Shown one piece after another: positions 49,304-59,427 of a DNA stretch of 59,427 bases. This stretch comes from Promethearchaeota archaeon (GTDB lineage Archaea > Asgardarchaeota > Lokiarchaeia > Sigyniarchaeales > SOKP01), in contig RDOE01000011.1 of assembly GCA_011364975.1 (NCBI GenBank), positions 1 to 59,427 on the forward strand, in the 5' to 3' direction. The notes beneath the pieces are model-generated. The model had not been told where the DNA came from. It saw only the letters and a program-made list of their open reading frames with translations, and did not search any database. Positions within the stretch are counted from its first letter, which is position 1. Every line of letters starts with the position of its first letter. The translations under genes and the position numbers were made by a program.

Positions 49304-50347
49304 GTGGGTGCTATTATGGAAGTAATAAACGCAATAATCTATTTGGATTTGGATGAAAATAAACCTAGTGTTAATTTTTGGTACCCTTTTAGTCTTTCTG
49401 AAGACATTAGCAGATTTATTGCTAAAAAGTGTTATTCTATTATATCTGAAGATGAAGATTTTATCCCGGAAATTCTTCTGATATTTCCCGTCCAATCGTT
49501 AAAACTTAAAGCATTGATCAAATACTTTAAAAGACAGAAATTTGACTCTGGTACAAATTTCATAAGATCTGCTATTATCTTTTTATTTGATGAGAAGGAT
49601 GATAATATCTTTTATAGATATATGAGTTATTTAGATCCTTATTTTAACGAAACAATTGGAAATATTGCAAAATTAGAAGCGAAAAAAGTAGAAAAGGAAG
49701 TGATATACGAGGAAATTGTAAAGTTGCAACAGAATTTACATGATATTACTAATTATTTAAAAACTAAGAGTGAATACGTATCTGAAGAGGAAGATGTTAA
49801 GGGTATCATGTTAGATTTCGATCCGATTGTAAAAAGAAAATATAAGGTAGTTATATTAGGAGATCCAAGTGTAGGAAAAACCTCTACTATTCTTAGGTTT
49901 ACGGATAATGTATTTTTGCGTGCATATATACCTACAATGGGATTAAATATTACTCAAAAGATTTTTAAAGTTAATAATAGCGCTATAGAATTGGTGATGT
50001 GGGATATAGGAGGCCAGCAAAAGTTTGAACTTATAAGAAGACAATTTTACGATGCCTCAAGTGCATTTATTTTACTATTTGACTTAACAAACCCCAGATC
50101 ATTTGCCAATATTCCTAACTGGTACTATGATTTGCGAAATTATAATGAAAAGTATCATTCATTACCTGGTTTTTTAATCGGAAATAAATTAGATTTAATC
50201 AATCAAAGGATAGTAACTAGGCTTGATGCAGTGAAGATAGCTAATAGCTTAAATTTGGATTATTTTGAAACTTCCGCTTTAACGGGTTATAATATTGAAC
50301 TTATCTTTCATGAACTTGCCTCTATATTATTAAATTACGAAAAATAA
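49304..50347 (+). CDS. Rab-like small GTPase with N-terminal uDENN/longin-like domain
   Basis: GDPSVGKTS, YIPTMG, WDIGGQ, GNKLD, ETSA; ~170-aa N-terminal extension. Confidence 0.9.
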   Translation: MGAIMEVINAIIYLDLDENKPSVNFWYPFSLSEDISRFIAKKCYSIISEDEDFIPEILLIFPVQSLKLKALIKYFKRQKFDSGTNFIRSAIIFLFDEKDDNIFYRYMSYLDPYFNETIGNIAKLEAKKVEKEVIYEEIVKLQQNLHDITNYLKTKSEYVSEEEDVKGIMLDFDPIVKRKYKVVILGDPSVGKTSTILRFTDNVFLRAYIPTMGLNITQKIFKVNNSAIELVMWDIGGQQKFELIRRQFYDASSAFILLFDLTNPRSFANIPNWYYDLRNYNEKYHSLPGFLIGNKLDLINQRIVTRLDAVKIANSLNLDYFETSALTGYNIELIFHELASILLNYEK

Positions 50348-50624
50348 ATTTTAATCTACTTATGGTTTTTAATAGCAAGTGAATAGCAATTTCAATAAAA
50401 TAGTCAAATCTGGTTTTAACTTGCAATGGGTGAATTAATAGATTTTTGCTAAGAATAATAGAGTTTAATTCAATAAAGAGCCTTTCCGATAAAATAATAT
50501 AATAAAATTAGTATAGAATAATTAAACTTCTTGTGAGAACCATGAGTACAATAAATTTTATTTTGTGATACCTTTATATTTTCTTAATTGTAATATTAAT
50601 TAATATTTTAGGGGAAAATTAAGT

Positions 50625-50762
50625 ATGAATAAAGGAGATTCTGAGAAACGAACGGAAATATGGCTAAAATATTGTGAAGAATGTGTGAAGTCAAAACTTG
50701 AAACTAATGATGAAACGGTAAATAATTCGTTAGGAAATCCTTCTAAAAAGGTCAATTCTTAA
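50625..50762 (+). CDS. Candidate 45-aa micro-protein with CxxC
   Basis: MNKGDSEKRTEIWLKYCEECVKSKLETNDETVNNSLGNPSKKVNS*; AGGGGA upstream; below the ORF-track cutoff. Confidence 0.45.
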   Translation: MNKGDSEKRTEIWLKYCEECVKSKLETNDETVNNSLGNPSKKVNS

Positions 50763-50876
50763 GATAGATTCTCAATTTGAAAATTCTATATCCTAAATGA
50801 AAATAATATCAATTAAATCTATTAGAGGATTAACTTTTATCAATTACAATTAGACCTTGGTTGTAAATTACCCAAA

Positions 50877-52178
50877 TTGAATATGAAAATTAACGAATCT
50901 AAAAGGTATACTCCACATCATCTTACAAAGTATGATATTAACGTTCGAGCTGCAATGTTTGCAGTAGTGTTAAGTATTTTTATTGATGTTTTAGGTTATA
51001 GTTTAGTATTACCCCTGTTACCCGGTATTGCAAAAACTTTTGGAGCATCAGATCTCCTCGTTGGTATAATTATTTCATCCAATGCATTTACCGCATTGAT
51101 TGTGGCTCCGCTCTGGGGCCGAGCAAGTGATAAATATGGACGAAAACCTTTATTGATGATTGCCCAAGCAGGGACTTTAGTAGCTTTTTTATTACTAGGA
51201 ATCTCTAATTCACTCTTTATGATCTTTTTTTCAAGAATTTTAGATGGGTTGATGGGGGGTCAGATGCCAATAATTAAAGCATTCATAACAGACATTACAA
51301 CCCCTCAAACAAGGACTTCAGAAATTGGAAAAATTACAGTAGGGGCATCATTAGGTATGATTTTGGGACCTACTATTGGAGGATTACTGGGAGTTCTTGA
51401 TTGGAGATATCCAGCATTTGTCGCAAGTAGTTTATCAATTTTTTCCATTCTATTAACCTGGAAGGTGTTAATTGAAAGTATGCCTAAGGATAGGCGTAAT
51501 GACATTCAAATTGAGTTATCAGCAAAAAAGGTTGATAGCCAGAATGTAAAAAGGAACGGTTTTTGGAGCATGACATTAATTTTAAGGTTAGTACAACGTC
51601 TTATGGCATTCCTAATAACCGTAATGTTTAATTCAAGTTTAGCTCTTGTTATTGATAAACGTTATAATGGGGGTCCAGAAATTATAGGTTTGATCATGAC
51701 AGTGGGTGGGACTGCTGCAATCTTTTACGGAGGTTATTTAATGAAACGATTGATTCGAAAAGTGGGAGAAAAGAAGATTTTTATTTTTACAGTTTTATTA
51801 ATCACTACAATTCCCCTACTATATCCCTTTTTATTCGAGCTTTGGACTGTTTTTATCTTTGTATTACCATTTGCATTTTGTATGGCATTTATGCCAGCGC
51901 TTATACAAGCAAACATAGTAAAAGCAGTAAATCCAGATAAACAGGGAAGAGTTAGTGGCTGGAGTACTAATGTACAATCAATAGCACAAACCATAGCACC
52001 GTTGATAGCAACTTGGTTTTTACAAATAGGAGGATTTTCATTTGGATTTATAAATTTAAATTCTTATGATTTGATTGGATTTACTTCTGCTTTATTTGGT
52101 GTGACTCTTGTTATCCTCGCATTCATAGATCTACGAAAGAATCCAGATCTTTATTCATATGAAACTAAAAAAAAATAG
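50877..52178 (+). CDS. MFS transporter (TetA/DHA1-like)
   Basis: IFIDVLGYSLVLPLLP, WGRASDKYGRKP, SRILDGLMGG, GMILGPTIGG. Confidence 0.95.
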   Translation: MNMKINESKRYTPHHLTKYDINVRAAMFAVVLSIFIDVLGYSLVLPLLPGIAKTFGASDLLVGIIISSNAFTALIVAPLWGRASDKYGRKPLLMIAQAGTLVAFLLLGISNSLFMIFFSRILDGLMGGQMPIIKAFITDITTPQTRTSEIGKITVGASLGMILGPTIGGLLGVLDWRYPAFVASSLSIFSILLTWKVLIESMPKDRRNDIQIELSAKKVDSQNVKRNGFWSMTLILRLVQRLMAFLITVMFNSSLALVIDKRYNGGPEIIGLIMTVGGTAAIFYGGYLMKRLIRKVGEKKIFIFTVLLITTIPLLYPFLFELWTVFIFVLPFAFCMAFMPALIQANIVKAVNPDKQGRVSGWSTNVQSIAQTIAPLIATWFLQIGGFSFGFINLNSYDLIGFTSALFGVTLVILAFIDLRKNPDLYSYETKKK

Positions 52179-52195
52179 AAATTTAGGTTTATTTT

Positions 52196-52996
52196 CTAGC
52201 TATTTTTAAAAATTGGCCGCCTTTTTTCTAGAAAAGCTTTAATCCCTTCTTGAAAATCATCAGTGCCAGCACTTTCTACTATATTTTTGATTTCTTTGTT
52301 AATTTGAGCTTCGAAATTATTGGAATAAGAGCTATTAATCATATCTCTTGTTTTACCGAGAGCTATAGTGGCACCTTGACTTAAATTTTTTGCTAAATCT
52401 TTTCCATGAGCTAGTAATAAGTCGTTAGATTCAAATATTCGCGAAACCAGACTGAAGGCAAGCGCTTCTTCCGCAGATAAAATTCGATTTGTCAAAATCA
52501 TATCATTGCTAAGAGATAAACCAACTATCTTAGGAAGGTGGTAAGTTAAGGTACTATTAGGGGATAAACCAACTCCAGTAAAAGCACTTCCAAATTTAGC
52601 GTCAATAGAACATATTCTCAAATCACATGTACAAGCCAATCCTAAACCAGCCCCAAAACAAAACCCATTAATCGCTGCAATTGTTGGAAAATGCAAGGTT
52701 TTTAATAGTCTTAGAGCACTATGAAATTTCTCAGCTAGTTGTGCCATATATTGTTTTGGTTTCTCTGCTTTTTTAAAGCTTAAAATATCGCCTCCAGCAC
52801 AAAATGCTTTTCCTTTCCCCGTAATTATTAAACTTCGGAGCTCATCTTTATCAGCTATATATTTTAATGATTCATATAAATCCGTGGCTAGTTGATAATT
52901 TAATGCGTTAAAATTGTCTGGCCTGTTTAGATAAAGGATATCAAATCCATCCAATTCTTCTATACTTATTGTCTTATAATCAGGCATTAACCTCAC
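52196..52996 (-). CDS. Enoyl-CoA hydratase/isomerase family protein
   Basis: LNRPDNFNAL, AFCAGGDI, AAINGFCFGAG, DFQEGIKAFLEKRRP. Confidence 0.95.
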   Translation of the reverse strand: MRLMPDYKTISIEELDGFDILYLNRPDNFNALNYQLATDLYESLKYIADKDELRSLIITGKGKAFCAGGDILSFKKAEKPKQYMAQLAEKFHSALRLLKTLHFPTIAAINGFCFGAGLGLACTCDLRICSIDAKFGSAFTGVGLSPNSTLTYHLPKIVGLSLSNDMILTNRILSAEEALAFSLVSRIFESNDLLLAHGKDLAKNLSQGATIALGKTRDMINSSYSNNFEAQINKEIKNIVESAGTDDFQEGIKAFLEKRRPIFKNS

Positions 52997-53250
52997 TTTT
53001 ATAATTGATATCGTTAATTTTTAAATTCAAAAATAATTGTATATTTTTTCAAACCTCTTATTGTAGTTTCATCGGAATTCCTTTAAAGTATTATGCTCAT
53101 ATTGAAGTAATTCACAATAATCAACCAAAAAAGTATTTATATGAAAAAATAAAAAGTATTACATTAAGATTTAATATCGTTATTAGTTTTGATAATAAAT
53201 TTTATCCTTATAAATATACTAAAAACATCTTATATTGGAAGGTTAACATA

Positions 53251-54888
53251 ATGGTCAAATATAAAAGAGGTCATCTCTATTATCCTGAATTCCCGGTTTA
53301 TAAATTATTAGAAGATACTGCTAAAAGATTTCCTAATAGATTAGCATTCCTCTATCCTAAAAAGATGAGTTTTAAAGAATTTAAGATAAAAGTGGACATC
53401 TTTGCCACTGTATTAAGAAATTTAGGAGTAAAGAAGGGAGACAGAGTTGCGTTATATGCTCCTAATTCAATCGAGTGGGAGATTTCTTTTTATGGCTTAG
53501 AAAAAGCAGGAGGGATTTTAGTACCCATGAATCCACAATTTAAAGAAACTGAAGTGGAATATGAATCAAATGATTCTGGAGCAGAGATCATTATCGTTTA
53601 TCAATCGTTATATCCTCATGTCGCGAAAGTAAAAAATAATACGAAATTGAAATACATTATATTAATCGAATCAGAGGATAGGGAAAAATTACCAGAGGAA
53701 ACCTTAGGTTGGTCTGAGCTTATAAATACAACAGAAGCAGATCCACCTGAATATGATTATAATGTAAAAGAAGATCTTGCTGCACTTGTATATACTAGTG
53801 GAACAACAGGACTCCCTAAAGGGACAATGTTAACCCATTATAACATGGTATCAAATATAATTCAAATCTCTCAACTTTTTGAGTTAAGTGAGTTGGATAT
53901 CGCGATGACAGTACTTCCTCTTTATCATATTTATGGCTTGAATGTATTAATGAACCAAGCGGTTTGGTTAGGAGCCGCACAAGTCGTCACTCCTCGATTC
54001 GAAGTGCAAGAGTTTTGTGAATTGATAGAGAGATATCAAGCTACATATAGTTTATGCGTTCCACCAATATTCCTTGCTGTAGTTCGTCATTTAGAGGAAC
54101 CTAATATAAAAGGATATGACTGGAGCAATCTAAAAATATTTAATAATGGAGCCGCCCCTATCCCTCTAGAACTTCTTGAACGGTTCGATAAATTAGCAAA
54201 AGAAAAATGTAATGCTCACCATGTGACTGTTCAGCATGGTTGGGGTTTAACAGAAGCTTCTCCTGTGGTAGCTGTCAATCCTATGCATCGTCCCAAAATG
54301 GAATCCCAAGGTACGTTAATTCCAGATACATTTCACAAGATTGTTGATCTAGAAACAGATAGGGAACTTACTGAGCGGGGAGCGGTGGGAGAATTAGTTA
54401 TAAAGGGACCTCAGGTAATGAAAGGGTATTGGAACAAACCAGATGCTACAGAAGAATCTTTTTGGACTGATCCAGAAACAGGTGAAAAATGGTTAAGAAC
54501 TGGTGACATGGCCTATATAGATGAAGAAGAATATGAACATCTTTTAGATCGAATAAAAGAAATGATTAAATATAAAGGTTGGAGTATCGCACCCGCAGAA
54601 TTAGAAGATTTACTTTTTAAAAATCCCCATATATCCGATGCTGCTGTGATCGGGAAACCTTCTAAGGAGCTTGATGTTGGAGAGATCCCAAAAGCATTTA
54701 TCATCTTGAAACCGGAATCTAAAGGTAAAGTCAACGAAATAGATATCATAGGTTGGGTTGAGGAGCGAATCTCTGCTTATAAAAAAATTCGTGAAGTGGA
54801 ATTTGTGGATACAATCCCAAAATCTGGCTCAGGAAAAATTTTACGTAGAGAGTTAGTTGAATTAGAGAAAAAAAGATTAAATATGTAA
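53251..54888 (+). CDS. Long-chain acyl-CoA ligase (AMP-binding); true start likely ATG 53251
   Basis: YTSGTTGLPKG, GWGLTE, GELVIKGPQVMKGYW, RTGD, DRIKEMIKYKG, IPKSGSGKILR. Confidence 0.95.
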   Translation: MVKYKRGHLYYPEFPVYKLLEDTAKRFPNRLAFLYPKKMSFKEFKIKVDIFATVLRNLGVKKGDRVALYAPNSIEWEISFYGLEKAGGILVPMNPQFKETEVEYESNDSGAEIIIVYQSLYPHVAKVKNNTKLKYIILIESEDREKLPEETLGWSELINTTEADPPEYDYNVKEDLAALVYTSGTTGLPKGTMLTHYNMVSNIIQISQLFELSELDIAMTVLPLYHIYGLNVLMNQAVWLGAAQVVTPRFEVQEFCELIERYQATYSLCVPPIFLAVVRHLEEPNIKGYDWSNLKIFNNGAAPIPLELLERFDKLAKEKCNAHHVTVQHGWGLTEASPVVAVNPMHRPKMESQGTLIPDTFHKIVDLETDRELTERGAVGELVIKGPQVMKGYWNKPDATEESFWTDPETGEKWLRTGDMAYIDEEEYEHLLDRIKEMIKYKGWSIAPAELEDLLFKNPHISDAAVIGKPSKELDVGEIPKAFIILKPESKGKVNEIDIIGWVEERISAYKKIREVEFVDTIPKSGSGKILRRELVELEKKRLNM

Positions 54889-55182
54889 ATTCTTCCAATT
54901 ACCCTTAATCAGTATGAAATTGATATCTAAACTTTAATTTTATTAAAATATTTAATTGGATTATTCTTTTCAAAGCCCAGATGACTTAACTAAAGATTGT
55001 TTATCTGTTTGACTTTATAAGTTGACATGTCATCTTATCGAACTATTAATATTCGGTTTCCATAAGATTTAAATATACGATTTTTCATCGTATTAATAGA
55101 GTTAAGAATATTATTAGTATTATAATCAATTATTCTTTCCACTCAGATGGATTGAAATAGTTAATAATAAAGGTCAATAATT

Positions 55183-55404
55183 ATGGTAATTACAGATATT
55201 GATTACTCGAATAAATTTTTGGAAGTACTCCAATATTTACAATCTACTTATAAAAAATTCCCTAAATTCATGATAGAAATAATAGCTGAAAATTATGGAA
55301 TTCCTACCAGAGAAGTCAAAGAACTGATTTATATCTATAGAAAAAAAGGAACATTGAGAATCTTAAAGGATGAAGGCTATTATTATCAATTAAATAAATC
55401 GTAA
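55183..55404 (+). CDS. Small winged-helix-like protein
   Basis: IIAENYGIPTREVKELIYIYRKKGTL..GYYYQL. Confidence 0.65.
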   Translation: MVITDIDYSNKFLEVLQYLQSTYKKFPKFMIEIIAENYGIPTREVKELIYIYRKKGTLRILKDEGYYYQLNKS

Positions 55405-55425
55405 TTTGTTCAATCTTTTTAATTT

Positions 55426-55719
55426 TTATTTCTTTTTTACTTTTTTCTTCTTTTCCTTCTTTTTTACTTCCTGATTAGAATCGTCTGGGTTTAATTTATT
55501 ATAAATTACTCCAACTTTATTGAGAGCATCCATATTCAAAGGATTTAATTCAAGTACTTTTCTATACATTTCATAAGCTTTTACTAAATTATCTTTTTCC
55601 TCACAAAGTGCGCCTAATTCTAAAAAATTTGCAATTGCTTCCTCATTTTTTCCCAAAGATAAGTTTGCTTTAGCTATTCCATACAGTGCTTCAAATTCAG
55701 AATCATTCTCTTCTGTCAT
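55426..55719 (-). CDS. TPR protein with basic tail
   Basis: ALYGIAKANLSLGKNEEAI, AYEMYRKVLELNPLNMDALNKVG. Confidence 0.85.
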   Translation of the reverse strand: MTEENDSEFEALYGIAKANLSLGKNEEAIANFLELGALCEEKDNLVKAYEMYRKVLELNPLNMDALNKVGVIYNKLNPDDSNQEVKKKEKKKKVKKK

Positions 55720-55917
55720 AACTTTTCAAAATTATTTTTCTATTATAAATTTTATATTTTAAACTATAAAAAAATTCAATATATCGAATAAATAAAAATT
55801 TGTAGTTAAAACTTTGATTTAATGGTTGCTTAAAAAGTTAGGGAGAGAGTCATTATTATCAAATTGAAATAACCCTTATTTTATACCAAAAATATTATAA
55901 ATTAAATCATATTCAAA

Positions 55918-56538
55918 GTGGATAATATGAGTGAACATGGATTTTGGTACGAGCATTGGCCTAAAGCGGGACTTATAGCAGCAATTTTTCTCCTTCTTTT
56001 GCTTTTCTTAAATTCAAAAGTTCCCATTGGGAGTTTCGAATGGCTTTATTGGTTAAGTTTACCTCTCTATATGATTCACCAATTTGAGGAATATGTATAT
56101 CCGGGCGGATTTAAAGAGGAATTAAATAAGATTTTGCTTCGAGGAAAAGTATCTCGAGAAATTCTAACAGATAAAATGGTTTTAATAATAAATGTCGGGT
56201 TTATCTGGATTTTAACACCGGTTCTGATTGTATTAGGTGTCTTTTCAATCATCTTTCCAGTGATATTGATGACGCTTGTTACATTTAACGGATTTGTTCA
56301 TGTCATTGCAAGTATCCGATTCAGAAGATATAATCCAGGATTATTCATCAGTTTAGTAGCAAATATTCCCCTTGGGTTATATGTATTAATTGGTTTGGGA
56401 TTGAATGCTTTAGCAAGTGGTATGGAACTTTTCATTGGAATTTTGATCGGCGTAATTCTTCACATGGGATTGTTCATCGTTTTAGGTCTAAGAACCCGAA
56501 AATATAACCGTATCTCACTCTCTGATATTGAAAAATGA
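55918..56538 (+). CDS. HXXEE domain membrane protein
   Basis: YMIHQFEEYVYPGGF, NGFVH, YNPGL. Confidence 0.92.
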   Translation: MDNMSEHGFWYEHWPKAGLIAAIFLLLLLFLNSKVPIGSFEWLYWLSLPLYMIHQFEEYVYPGGFKEELNKILLRGKVSREILTDKMVLIINVGFIWILTPVLIVLGVFSIIFPVILMTLVTFNGFVHVIASIRFRRYNPGLFISLVANIPLGLYVLIGLGLNALASGMELFIGILIGVILHMGLFIVLGLRTRKYNRISLSDIEK

Positions 56539-56795
56539 ATCCAGTAATAATTTGAAAAAGGATCATTTATCTAAATGAAATAGAAAAGAGCTATCAAAAT
56601 ATTTCTAATTTTGATTTAGAGAAATACACTCAAGCTTTGACTATAGTTCCACATTGTATTCATGATTTAAACATCATGATTAAATCTTAAATCTTATTTT
56701 GACCGGAAAGATATAAAGATAATAAAAGAATCTTATCATAAGAGCAAAGAAAAAGGCGACATATTCTTGAAACAAGCAAAAAACTTTCTTGATTT

Positions 56796-57299
56796 TCACT
56801 GGGATGTTAAGAATTTAGTAAGTATGCTACCCAAAATGATTAAAGCGCCTCCTAAAAACAAGCCTATCACTCCAAAACAAGGCTTATAACGACTCCACAT
56901 GCTTAGGTCATAAATTTGTACTTCTGCGAACTCCATCATCATCAACCATAAAATTGTACTAGTTATTATGACAATACCAAAAAGAATGTATTTGGAAAAG
57001 TTGAATGATCCTTGTTTTAAAATACTCTTATCCTTAATTAATCCGATGAAAATCATTAAAATGCTTGAGCAAATTATCAAGGAGGAAATTATAGAGGGAA
57101 AAAATTGAAGAGGGTTTGTATAAAATCCACTAGTAATTGTTAGATTAAGCTTATCAGAATAATAACCCCATATCCAATTAGTAATTTGATGATGCCAAAC
57201 AATGTTCTCAAAAAATGCAGCAGGACTAAATAATGCAATTGAACATATGATATTCCCTAAAATTGGAATTATCCATGAATATCCTTTAAAATTTCTCAT
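56796..57299 (-). CDS. Hypothetical four-TM membrane protein
   Basis: IALFSPAA..WIWG, P.FGVIG.FLGGALIILG. Confidence 0.75.
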   Translation of the reverse strand: MRNFKGYSWIIPILGNIICSIALFSPAAFFENIVWHHQITNWIWGYYSDKLNLTITSGFYTNPLQFFPSIISSLIICSSILMIFIGLIKDKSILKQGSFNFSKYILFGIVIITSTILWLMMMEFAEVQIYDLSMWSRYKPCFGVIGLFLGGALIILGSILTKFLTSQ

Positions 57300-57691
57300 T
57301 ATTAATTCTTCCCAAATATTAATTTGATAGAAGTAAACAGCTAATCTTTAATTAATCATTTGTGTTGTCAACAAACTATTAAGGCTTTCACAATTAATAA
57401 AAGTAGTATAATAGAACAAATTATGAACTCAGATGAGAACTTGATATATTATTATCTTAAATTACATTCTTTTTCACAATAAATCTAGAATGCTATTTTT
57501 TATCTAAAACGCAAGAGTGATCGTTGTCCTTCTTAAAAGAATGATAAAAACCAGATGTAAAACAGTGTAATTTCGGAAATTGAGACAACTCGGGAAACTC
57601 CTTCATTTTACAGCAAAGATTATCAAGTGGATCAAGGTTTTTGAGATTATTTGAATAGGACACCAAGATGTTTTGATAAATCAAAAAATTT

Positions 57692-59427
57692 TCAATTTTT
57701 GTGGATATTTTCTGGATATTTATTCCCACAATTGCCACAGTAGATTCCTCCAGACTCATCCCATCGTAAACAATATGGACATTGAACTATTTGAGTATCC
57801 GATGATAAGTTTTGCCTTATAGGTTCTTTAAAATATATTTTTTCCGTTATTTTGGGAGTATCATAAATTGGTTTTGACCGAATTTTTCTAGGCATATTAT
57901 TACGAGTGATGATTACAAAAAGCGTTAGCCCCAAGGCAGCAATCAACCCGATAATAGTGAAAATCATAATTGAAAGATTATTAATAAATGGATTATCTGG
58001 AGGTAGATCAGGGGGATTCGGTAACTGATAATCAATAGTGAAAGTTCTCAAGAAAGATTGATGGGAACTGCCAAATGAATCTACTCCAAATACTTTAATT
58101 GAGTGGATACCATTTGAAGGCATTGGAATTGTTGTGTTTCCGAAAATGGTTCGATTTGGTTGACCATCTAAAGAATATCCAATCCAATCTAAAGGAGTAC
58201 CATTTTCAAAGCTAAGTAATAAACCTTCTTTTAGGTTGCCTCCAATAAAATAATTTGGATCCCAAGAATAACCAAGTGCATCAATGTAAAAGATACCGGT
58301 ATATGCATAATTAGACCCAAACCGAATTTTTTCTATACTTAAAGCGGGAAGGTAGAAATCAATGTTGCTTAGAACTATATGATTGTTTAAATATACATCA
58401 AAAGTGTCTGTTTGGGTATTAAAATCTATTCTTATATGAAACCAAGTGTCGTCAGCGTATACGCCCTCTGCAAATGCAATATAACCATTTCCTGCACTTA
58501 AACATTGAAATTCACCATTATTTCCCTCATCAATATTCAACACAACCACATTTTGTCCTTCACTATCATACAATGAGACTATACAAGTACTAGGGCCAAA
58601 TCCTTTACGCATATAAAATTCAACTGTTCCTATAGTTTGGAAATTGAAGGTTTGGAAAATCTCCGGATAGGCACTAGTGGACACATCCTCAATAACTAAA
58701 ACTTTCTTATGACCAGTTATATTAGAGACTACATAGCCATTTCCAAATCCATGATGAGGAATAAAATCCCAACCATTTGGTATTGAGCCATCTGCGTCAT
58801 TTTCAAATCCATAAGTAGCGGGATAATAACCCTGCATGGGTTCATTATATACCTTATTTTCAGGTGTAATAATTTTGATATGGTATGAAGTTTTGATTTC
58901 AAAATAGCGAATATCTGACTCATGATACGCACCATACGTGTCATTTCCTACTACTTTAATCTTATGAAAGCCGTTTGAAGGCATTGGAATTGTTTTATTC
59001 CCATTAATAGTTCGATTTGGTTGACCATCCAATGAGTATCCCATCCATTCTAAATCGCTAGAAGGTTGGAAACTTAAAAGAAGACCCTCATTACAATCAT
59101 CTCCGATATTATAAAATGAATCCCATGAAAAACCAACAGCATCGAAATATTGATGATAATCTATAGCAGGATCGGAGGTCGTAAACCACAATTGACTAAT
59201 TTCATTACAATTTGAGCTAACAAAAGGTAAATCTTCATGATCTTGAAGAATCCCATTGATATACCAATTATATTTATGAGTCACGCAATTAAATTCAATT
59301 CTATGATGATACCACTCATTACTATTCAAATTTCCTACTTCATGCCAATCACTACCATCCCAATAACGATAATACCCATTGTATACCCCCAGATAAGGAC
59401 CACTCCTAAATTCAACGTTGTTATAAG
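57692..59427 (-). CDS. 5'-partial large cell-surface protein: repeated LamG-like/Ig-like modules, TM, cytoplasmic double zinc ribbon
   Basis: Frame open to the window edge. Repeat DA.G.SWD..Y.IG....EGLLLSF....L.W.GYSLDGQPNRTI.GN.TIPMPSNG.H.IKV.G.D..G twice; W.H.RI.F; TM; CPYC..CGNCG. Confidence 0.85.
   Translation of the reverse strand, partial: YNNVEFRSGPYLGVYNGYYRYWDGSDWHEVGNLNSNEWYHHRIEFNCVTHKYNWYINGILQDHEDLPFVSSNCNEISQLWFTTSDPAIDYHQYFDAVGFSWDSFYNIGDDCNEGLLLSFQPSSDLEWMGYSLDGQPNRTINGNKTIPMPSNGFHKIKVVGNDTYGAYHESDIRYFEIKTSYHIKIITPENKVYNEPMQGYYPATYGFENDADGSIPNGWDFIPHHGFGNGYVVSNITGHKKVLVIEDVSTSAYPEIFQTFNFQTIGTVEFYMRKGFGPSTCIVSLYDSEGQNVVVLNIDEGNNGEFQCLSAGNGYIAFAEGVYADDTWFHIRIDFNTQTDTFDVYLNNHIVLSNIDFYLPALSIEKIRFGSNYAYTGIFYIDALGYSWDPNYFIGGNLKEGLLLSFENGTPLDWIGYSLDGQPNRTIFGNTTIPMPSNGIHSIKVFGVDSFGSSHQSFLRTFTIDYQLPNPPDLPPDNPFINNLSIMIFTIIGLIAALGLTLFVIITRNNMPRKIRSKPIYDTPKITEKIYFKEPIRQNLSSDTQIVQCPYCLRWDESGGIYCGNCGNKYPENIHKN

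Noticed and set aside
53005-53250. 82-aa N-terminal extension of the acyl-CoA ligase
   Set aside because: It is the divergent promoter region; family similarity starts near ATG 53251
54979-55035. Hairpin starting with ATGA as a SECIS
   Set aside because: Pairing register does not give the tandem G.A core, and upstream genes have no in-frame TGA
56545-56795. Possible degraded + strand gene remnant
   Set aside because: Protein-like fragments but no identifiable family; cannot be supported
57493-57759. 88-aa minus-strand ORF
   Set aside because: Overlaps the end of the surface-protein gene in another frame; no motif or start signals
1005-58944. Other short ORFs nested antisense or out of frame within long genes (e.g. 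1005, 3490, 4989, 17689, 25855, 29939, 45557, 47153, 54513, 58729)
   Set aside because: Shadow ORFs of well-supported CDSs

Overview
AT-rich (roughly 30% GC by eye) archaeal chromosomal segment that looks like Asgard archaea (Lokiarchaeia/Promethearchaeia). The assignment rests on an archaeal SRP RNA and uS10, a longin-domain protein, a uDENN/longin-Rab GTPase fusion, zinc-ribbon+TM proteins, an H4MPT-pathway dehydrogenase and fatty-acid oxidation enzymes. It is mostly a mosaic of housekeeping and metabolic genes. No CRISPR array, tRNA, rRNA or intact transposase was seen. Several elements lie outside the supplied ORF track: (1) a 45-codon micro-ORF with an in-frame TGA in a C-T-G-U (CxxU) motif, a candidate new selenoprotein; (2) a palindromic operator GGGA-N6-TCCC found both between two divergent glutamate dehydrogenases and in front of a wHTH / Zn-ribbon / glutamate-synthase-like cluster that continues into a methylene-H4MPT dehydrogenase fused to an unknown duplicated domain, a candidate nitrogen-C1 regulon; (3) a box C/D-type sRNA and a second unassigned structured RNA; (4) pseudogene relics of fwdA and of an ArdC/zincin mobile-element protein. 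Among the annotated ORFs, a Bud23/WBSCR22-like rRNA methyltransferase and a stand-alone Not4-type C4C4 RING protein look like eukaryote-type proteins. All family calls come from motif recognition by eye; no searches were run.
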